A stretch of DNA of 64,000 nt from Octopus vulgaris (taxonomy: Eukaryota), in the NCBI GenBank assembly GCA_951406725.2, contig OX597814.1:44206001-44270000 (forward strand), read 5' to 3'. Positions 57,431 through 64,000 of this stretch are shown here, piece after piece (the stretch's first letter is position 1; each line of letters starts with the position of its first letter). Under the pieces are notes generated by a model. The model did not search any database, was not told the origin of the DNA, and saw nothing but the letters and a program-made list of their open reading frames with translations. Both the position numbers and the translations under genes were made by a program.

Positions 57431-58066
57431 GTGTACCTATGCATACCTACACATACACACATATATATATATACACATACAAATACAGACCCATTCCCTA
57501 ATTTTAATTTTATTATCTTCGTTTATTACTTTTGTTATCTTTGGCCGCTTGGTCACAAACATCTTGGCTATGACAGCCAGTCCATTTATCTGTCTACTGG
57601 AAAACAAGCACTCATTCACTCACGCACACTCTTTAGCACGTACACTCACTCATTCGTACACTCATACACATACACGCTCGCACGCGTTATATTCATACAT
57701 ACATACATCTACATACATTCACGTATATACACATACGTACGCGTACCTACAGATTCATGTCTACACTCTTAGAAGGCTAGTCTATACATATATACATATA
57801 TACATATATATTCATACACACACATACATATACATACATACATATACAAATATACGCACACACATACATACATACTCATAAACTCATACACGCACATACA
57901 CATGTACACACCTATACACATACACACACACGCGCGCGTCCATATATACACATAAGTACACCCATGCGTAAAAGTATACATATATCTACATCATACATAC
58001 ATACATTTATACACATACACACACCCACATGCATACATATATATATACACGCATATATATATATCT

Positions 58067-58099
<33 letters not shown>

Positions 58100-58222
58100 C
58101 ATATATACATATATATTCATACACACACATACATATACATACATACATATACAAATATACGCACACACATACATACATACTCATATACTCATACACGCAC
58201 ATACACATGTACATGCGTACCC

Positions 58223-58279
<57 letters not shown>

Positions 58280-58457
58280 CATACATATATACACATATAT
58301 ATACACATACACACATACATACATATATATATATACACACACACATACACACATATATATATATATATATATATACATACTTACACATGTACATATAAAT
58401 ACACACATAGATAACTCTACGATACATACACATACATACATATATACACACACACAT

Positions 58458-58498
<41 letters not shown>

Positions 58499-58712
58499 CT
58501 TACACATGTACATATAAATACACACATAGATAACTCTACGTACCTACATATACATAAACACACGAGCGTACGCGCATATGTACAAATACACATACACATA
58601 CACACGCATATATATACATACATACATACACATACACACATGTATACACACACACGCACATACACATATATATACATACACACATATATACACATGAATA
58701 TATATGTATATA
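57005..58712. repeat. Long degenerate (TACA/CA/TA) low-complexity tract with internal duplications
   Basis: Seen directly. It gives rise to the spurious His/Thr/Tyr/Ile-rich ORFs. Confidence 0.95.
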
Positions 58713-59399
58713 TGTCAAGATGGCGCTGAACTAACAACAAGTGTGTTAACGTGTCTCTCCTAAATATTAAAGAAGTCCTTCCAGAGATCGATGTTATCAG
58801 AAGCGAAATTGTCTGCAAAGCGAATATAAGTGATAGTACAACAAGTCACTGTATTTGAGAAGAATATTTTCGCTTTTGATGTAGTATTTGCAACTAGAAC
58901 ATACTCGCGAATACACGTGTTAAAATGCACGTGTGTTACTTCCCGAAATCGAAGTGAATTTTATTCTTCGTCTGTGAATCAACAAGACACAGTATTTTTG
59001 AGAAGGATATTTTCGTTCTTGATGTCGTATATCTGCGTGTTCTGAAAAAAGCCTCTGAAAAATTTGCTGCTTAATACCAAACCGCTTAGGAAAATACAGA
59101 AAGTATCGTGAAACTGTTGCATGTGCTAAATCAAAACTCAAACCCCTTTTGTTTACAAAGTGCGCTTGGGGAGGAATATAAAAGGTCTGTCTTGTCTATC
59201 TATCTTCCTTTCTTATAAAAAGGAATCACGTAAGTACTCTCTCAGCCGGTAAGGTAAGATATTATTTATTTTGTTATCATTAGTGTTCTTTCAAACAGAA
59301 AATAATTAAAAAAAAAAAAAAAAAAAGATATAAAAATATAAAAATACGCGGTATTCTATCTTTATAATCTTTATAATTTCGTCCTCCGTGCCTGCCACG

Positions 59400-60410
59400 C
59401 ACTCTCTCTTTCTCTTTTTTACATTTCTATTTCTATCTCTCTCATACATTTTTATTATTTGTTATCATTAGTGTTCTTTCAAACAGAAAATAATAATTAA
59501 AAAGATATAAAAATACGCGCTATTCTATCTTTATAATCTCTCCCTCTCTTTCTTACATTTCTATTTCTATCTCTCTCATACAGTTTATACCTTATCTGTC
59601 TCCCCATCCACCAGACCCTCTATTTCCGCTCTCACTTTCCCCTCCTCCCTCTCTCTCCCTCTGCAATCGTTTCTCTTTCTGCATCTCTCTCAGATCAACT
59701 TTCTCTCACCTCACCCCCTCTCTCAGTTTTTCAACTTCACTCATTCTCTCTTGTATCTATATACCGCCCTCTTTCTCTCTCTCTCTCTGTTACTCCCCCT
59801 CCCTCTCTCTGCCTCTTTCCTCTCCGCTCCTTCACAGGTCAAACCCCTTTTCCTCTTCCCCTTCTGTCCCCTTATTTCTTTCTCTACACCACCCTCCCTG
59901 TCCCTTTACTACACTCTGTTGCGCCCCCTCTCTTCCTCTTCCCCCTTTTTTCTTCCTACCTTTCCTCTCCCTGTTCCCTCTAAGGCTCACCACCCCCTGT
60001 CTCTTTTTTCCTCTCTCTGTCTCCTTCCTCCACACCACCCTCTCTGTCCCTTTACTTCACTCCCTGGTACCTCTATCCTGCCCTCTCTCTCTCTCCCTCT
60101 CCATTTCGTCTCTCTCTTCCTCTCCATTTTATCTCTCCGCCTTTCTTCTCCCTGCTCCCACTAGGGTCCACCCTCTTGTCTCACTTTTCCACCCTGTCCC
60201 TTTCTGCTACACCTCTATCCCGCTCACTCTCCCCCTGCTGACCTGCCATTCTTTCACCTTTCTCTTTTTTCCCTCTTATTTTCTCTCTTTCTCTCTTCTC
60301 TCAGGACAATCCCCTCGTCTCTCTCTCTATCCCCCCCTGGCTTTTCTCCTTTCTCTTCTCCTTCTCCATATCTCTCCTTCTCTATCTCTCTCTCTGTTCC
60401 TATATTTCAC
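59400..60410 (+). repeat. ~1-kb polypyrimidine (CT-rich) tract
   Basis: Seen directly. A duplicated AT-rich block lies at ~59262-59450 / 59451-59582. Confidence 0.92.
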
Positions 60411-60419
60411 TAGAAGAAA

Positions 60420-61322
60420 ATGGCAAGAAACTGGTCTGCGAGAGAGGTGCAATTGTTCGTCCGCGCTTGGAGGATCGCTGAGGACGACTCGCCGAACGAC
60501 ATTATTGCTGCGGCGCTGAAAAGCAACAATTTTTCGAGAACCACCGCCCAGATAGAGCGAAAGAAGAGAGAAGTTATCCGTTCGTACGCTCTAATCAGGC
60601 AACATGTGGACACCCTGGACATCATCCTGGGAGGTGACGGCAGCAGGGAGGGCCAAAAGGATGAGGAAAGCATCCATAGCCAAATGGAGAAGCCTGGAAC
60701 ACAGGGAAACGATGACACATGTCCAGCTTCCAACACCACAACTGAAGACCAAAGAGGTGCGATGGCCGCAAGAAAGGAAAGGCACCCTGGAATTGATGGG
60801 AAGCAGGAGGTAAAGGGTGACAGAATCAAGGCTAAAGGAAGCCCTGTCCAGAGAAAGCAGAGGGACCCCAGCAAAAACTGTAAGGGCAGGGAAAGAAACA
60901 CCTGCAAATTCTACCTGAGGGGGGACTGCTGGTACGGCGTTGAAGGTGCAAACTGTCGCTTTGCACATCGGAGGCCCTACCAAAACCGCACGGACGCGAG
61001 ACAGAGGTCCCTCCCTCAGGGAGAACAAAAACAAAAACAAAAAGTTAAAAGAAGGGAAAAAAGCGCACTGACCACTACTGAAAGACGGTATGCAGATGTG
61101 GTGCGCGGAAACCCAACAGGTGGCCAGCTTCACCCAGATGTGAGAAGGGCGGCAGCTGAACAGCAGTCTTTTTTGTGCATGGCACAAAAAATTGTTCAGC
61201 AGCTGACCTGGCTACAAGCACAAAGCTGGAACTACCACCACATAAGGCCACCTCCAACAGATGCAGGATGGCCACCACAGACACCAACACCAACACACAC
61301 ACCACAAAAATATTTCTACTGA
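60420..61322 (+). CDS. LINE ORF1 protein, 300 aa: Myb/SANT-trihelix-like N-terminus + CCCH zinc finger
   Basis: Uninterrupted ORF. RNWSAREVQLFVRAW...IAAALKSNNFSRTTAQIERKKREVIRSY, then CKFYLRGDCWYGVEGANCRFAH and YADVVR. Confidence 0.85.
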   Translation: MARNWSAREVQLFVRAWRIAEDDSPNDIIAAALKSNNFSRTTAQIERKKREVIRSYALIRQHVDTLDIILGGDGSREGQKDEESIHSQMEKPGTQGNDDTCPASNTTTEDQRGAMAARKERHPGIDGKQEVKGDRIKAKGSPVQRKQRDPSKNCKGRERNTCKFYLRGDCWYGVEGANCRFAHRRPYQNRTDARQRSLPQGEQKQKQKVKRREKSALTTTERRYADVVRGNPTGGQLHPDVRRAAAEQQSFLCMAQKIVQQLTWLQAQSWNYHHIRPPPTDAGWPPQTPTPTHTPQKYFY

Positions 61323-64000
61323 ATGTAGGAGGGCTGCTGCGCGGAAACTGTAAAAAGAAAATTTCATTCCTGAGAGACCTTGTGACATGCAATCAAGCTA
61401 TATGCATGGCACTCACAGAAACGCATCTTGAACCCGATATAGGTGATGCAGAAATACACATGCCGCAATATGCAGTCATACGCACAGATAGAAAAGGGAG
61501 GAGCCATGGTGGAGTTGCAATGTACATCCGAGATGACCTCACGCCCCAGGTCCTGCTGTCATATTCAAACTCAGTATGTGAAACTCAAATTGTACACATA
61601 AGACAACTGAATATCGTCATATGCACTACATATCGCCCACCAGACGCCCCAAAACACTCAGGCATGTTTGAAGACTGCCTAACAAAAATAGGAGAAGTCC
61701 TCACCAACCTTGAACAGCACAACAGTGTATTCTTCATGGGTGACTTTAACCTCCCCAATGTGGAATGGCCTGGGGGGCAGATGCTCCCAGGGATGACACA
61801 CCATCAGCAGGCACAGGTGGAGTCCCTGCTCCATCTCACAAATACCTCTTTCATGGAGCAAATAGTTCTGCAACCAACAAGGGCAGATAATATACTGGAT
61901 CTCTGCTTCACAAACAATATGGATATTATCCATAATGTTAATGTGATGCCGACAATGATCTCGGATCACAACATAATAGAGCTGTCTATGTATGGAACAA
62001 AATCCCCCGCAGACACACAGCCTATACGAAGCACCCACCATCTCTCCAACTTAAACTTTCATAAAGCCAACTGGAAGTCGATTGAGAAAGAGATCCTCAA
62101 ACAGGATTGGCCTGAATGTCTCTCCACACCGGACATAAACATGAAACACAAACACTTCATGTCCATAATACAAGCCATATGTGACAAATATGTCCCAATG
62201 TGCAGGGCCAGCACACACAAGAACAAAAACAGGATCCCTAGAGAAAGGAGGATTCTTATGAGACGACGGACAAGGATTGCAAACCGCCTGAGCAAGCACA
62301 CCAAAAGTGGTGAGAAGTCTCGGCTCGAAAGAATGCTAATGGAAACTGAGAAAAGTCTACATCAGTCCCATGAAAAGGAGAGAGCAGATAAAGAAGCTTG
62401 GGTAATAGAAAATATAAAATCAAACCCTAAAGCTTTCTTTAAGTTTGCCAAAGAGACAGCCACAGTGCACCAGAGAATAGGACCTCTCTTCCAAAAAGAT
62501 GGCTCTCTCACAGGAAATCCCACGAGGATAAGTGAAATACTGAACGAACAGTTTCAAAGTGTGTTCACTACACCTCTAGGACACAGGCAAGTAAACAACC
62601 CAGAAGAATTCTTTGCCACTTTACCAGCGGCCAAAGAGACAAAAATTGAGTACATCAACATCGAAGAAGATGATATCACACTAGCCATTGATGAGATTGA
62701 CACAAACTCAGCTGCTGGACCTGATGGATTCCCAGCGATCCTTCTCAAATCGTGCAAACGAGCCCTTGCAAAACCGCTACAGCTTCTTTTTCAGAGCTTT
62801 CTTGCAAGTGGTAAGCTCCCAGTCAAACTGAAAGAGGGGGTAATATGCCCTATCCATAAGGGAGGTAGCAGAGCAGATGCTAAAAATTATAGGCCTATCT
62901 CTCTGACCTCACACATCAGCAAAGTCATGGAACGAATAGTCCGTAAGAAACTAATCATGTTCCTTGAAGAAAATGACTTACTGTCTGACACCCAGCATGG
63001 ATTTCGACCAGGTAGAGGCTGCCTAACACAGCTCCTGCAACACTATGACTGGGTGTTGAAACAGCTACTAAATGGCTCAAATGTGGATGTAATATATCTT
63101 GACTTTGCAAAAGCCTTTGATAAAGTCGACCATGGTATGATCTGTCACAAACTGCGTGGTCTCGGCATAGGCGGGAAACTTGGAGAGTGGCTGCACAACT
63201 TCCTAAAAGACAGAAAACAGGCAGTTGTGAGCAATGGAGCCACCTCCAGGGAAACGCAAATAACAAGCGGTGTCCCACAGGGCACTGTCTTGGGGCCACT
63301 GATGTTCATAGTGGCCCTTTCAGACATGCCTTCAGTTGCTACGATGACCACCCTTGCTAGCTATGCAGATGACACAAAAGTCTCCCACGCAATACAAAAC
63401 CCTGAAAATATTGCGCATCTGCAACATGAGCTGGACACAATATACAGGTGGGCTGAGGACAACAACATGCAGTTTAATGCAGGTAAGTTCCAGGCCCTGC
63501 GCTACTGGCACACAAAGGTAAATGACGTGAAGACTGGATACACTGGCCCAGGAAGAATTGCAATCCCTGAGTCAAAATCAGTGCGTGACCTGGGCATTGA
63601 CATGAGCAATGATGCATCTTTCCAAATGCATATTGCTAATCTGGTGATAAAATGCAGACGGCTAGCTGGATGGATTCTCCGAACTTTCAGAACAAGAGAG
63701 AAGGAGACACTGATGGTCCTATGGAAAACATTTGTCCTCAGCCGCTTGGACTACTGCTCCCAACTTTGGTCACCACACAATATAAAACAAACAGCAGAAC
63801 TCGAAGCAACTCAGAGAAGCTACACAAAGAAAATCGTCTCAATGCAAAATGTCAGCTACTGGGAAAGACTGAAGGTATTAAACCTCTTCTCCCTGGAGCG
63901 GAGGCGGGAGAGATATGCAGTGATATACATCTGGAAAAATCCTGGAGGGTCTTGTCCCAAACTTTGGCATTCAAAGTTACTCCAACCGCAGAACGGGCGC
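61268..64000 (+). CDS. LINE ORF2, APE endonuclease + reverse transcriptase (partial; likely +1 frameshift near 63935)
   Basis: ATG at 61268 (MATTDTN..FLLNVGGL), LTETHL, HGGVAMY, YRPP, GDFNLP, ILDL, SDHN, GPDGF, NYRPISLTS, QHGFR, LDFAKAFDKVDH, GVPQGTVLGP, YADDT, SLERRRERY. Absent from the ORF track, consistent with no stop before the window end. Confidence 0.95.
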   Translation, partial: MATTDTNTNTHTTKIFLLNVGGLLRGNCKKKISFLRDLVTCNQAICMALTETHLEPDIGDAEIHMPQYAVIRTDRKGRSHGGVAMYIRDDLTPQVLLSYSNSVCETQIVHIRQLNIVICTTYRPPDAPKHSGMFEDCLTKIGEVLTNLEQHNSVFFMGDFNLPNVEWPGGQMLPGMTHHQQAQVESLLHLTNTSFMEQIVLQPTRADNILDLCFTNNMDIIHNVNVMPTMISDHNIIELSMYGTKSPADTQPIRSTHHLSNLNFHKANWKSIEKEILKQDWPECLSTPDINMKHKHFMSIIQAICDKYVPMCRASTHKNKNRIPRERRILMRRRTRIANRLSKHTKSGEKSRLERMLMETEKSLHQSHEKERADKEAWVIENIKSNPKAFFKFAKETATVHQRIGPLFQKDGSLTGNPTRISEILNEQFQSVFTTPLGHRQVNNPEEFFATLPAAKETKIEYINIEEDDITLAIDEIDTNSAAGPDGFPAILLKSCKRALAKPLQLLFQSFLASGKLPVKLKEGVICPIHKGGSRADAKNYRPISLTSHISKVMERIVRKKLIMFLEENDLLSDTQHGFRPGRGCLTQLLQHYDWVLKQLLNGSNVDVIYLDFAKAFDKVDHGMICHKLRGLGIGGKLGEWLHNFLKDRKQAVVSNGATSRETQITSGVPQGTVLGPLMFIVALSDMPSVATMTTLASYADDTKVSHAIQNPENIAHLQHELDTIYRWAEDNNMQFNAGKFQALRYWHTKVNDVKTGYTGPGRIAIPESKSVRDLGIDMSNDASFQMHIANLVIKCRRLAGWILRTFRTREKETLMVLWKTFVLSRLDYCSQLWSPHNIKQTAELEATQRSYTKKIVSMQNVSYWERLKVLNLFSLERRRERYAVIYIWKNPGGSCPKLWHSKLLQPQNGR

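Larger units (their letters stand above)
58714..64000 (+). mobile_element. Apparently full-length CR1-group (APE-type) LINE, running off the window
   Basis: Unique sequence starts at TCAAGATGGCG right after the microsatellite, followed by a ~1.7-kb putative 5' UTR, ORF1 and an overlapping ORF2. The 5' boundary is inferred. Confidence 0.85.

Noticed and set aside
57006-58818. Long His/Thr/Tyr/Ile-rich ORFs (up to 291 aa)
   Set aside because: They are translations of (CA/TA/TACA)n low-complexity DNA. The same applies to the poly-I/N/L/S/Y ORFs throughout the window.
60410-63351. Antisense ORFs over the LINE (165, 198, 120, 114 aa and others)
   Set aside because: Shadow frames of the GC-richer ORF1/ORF2 with no motifs of their own.

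Overview
This is AT-rich eukaryotic DNA, intergenic or intronic, almost entirely made of transposable elements and microsatellites. The SINE types and the (TA)/(TACA)/(GATA)/(AAT) repeat load suggest a coleoid cephalopod such as Octopus (inference). Most ORFs in the supplied track are microsatellite artefacts, and I found no intact host gene. Supported content: (1) a near-intact, apparently full-length CR1-group LINE from ~58.7 kb to beyond the window end, whose ORF1 has a Myb/SANT-trihelix-like N-terminus plus a CCCH finger and whose ORF2 is APE+RT; (2) a decayed, intronless COA1-like copy; (3) several Penelope-like terminal-repeat remnants, one with a well-formed type I hammerhead ribozyme and others with degenerate hammerheads or fold-back hairpins; (4) R4/Dong-like, L1/Tx1 and RTE LINE fragments; (5) mariner, hAT, Merlin-like and Helitron-like DNA elements; (6) many tRNA-derived SINEs. 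All family assignments were made by eye from motifs; no database search was run.
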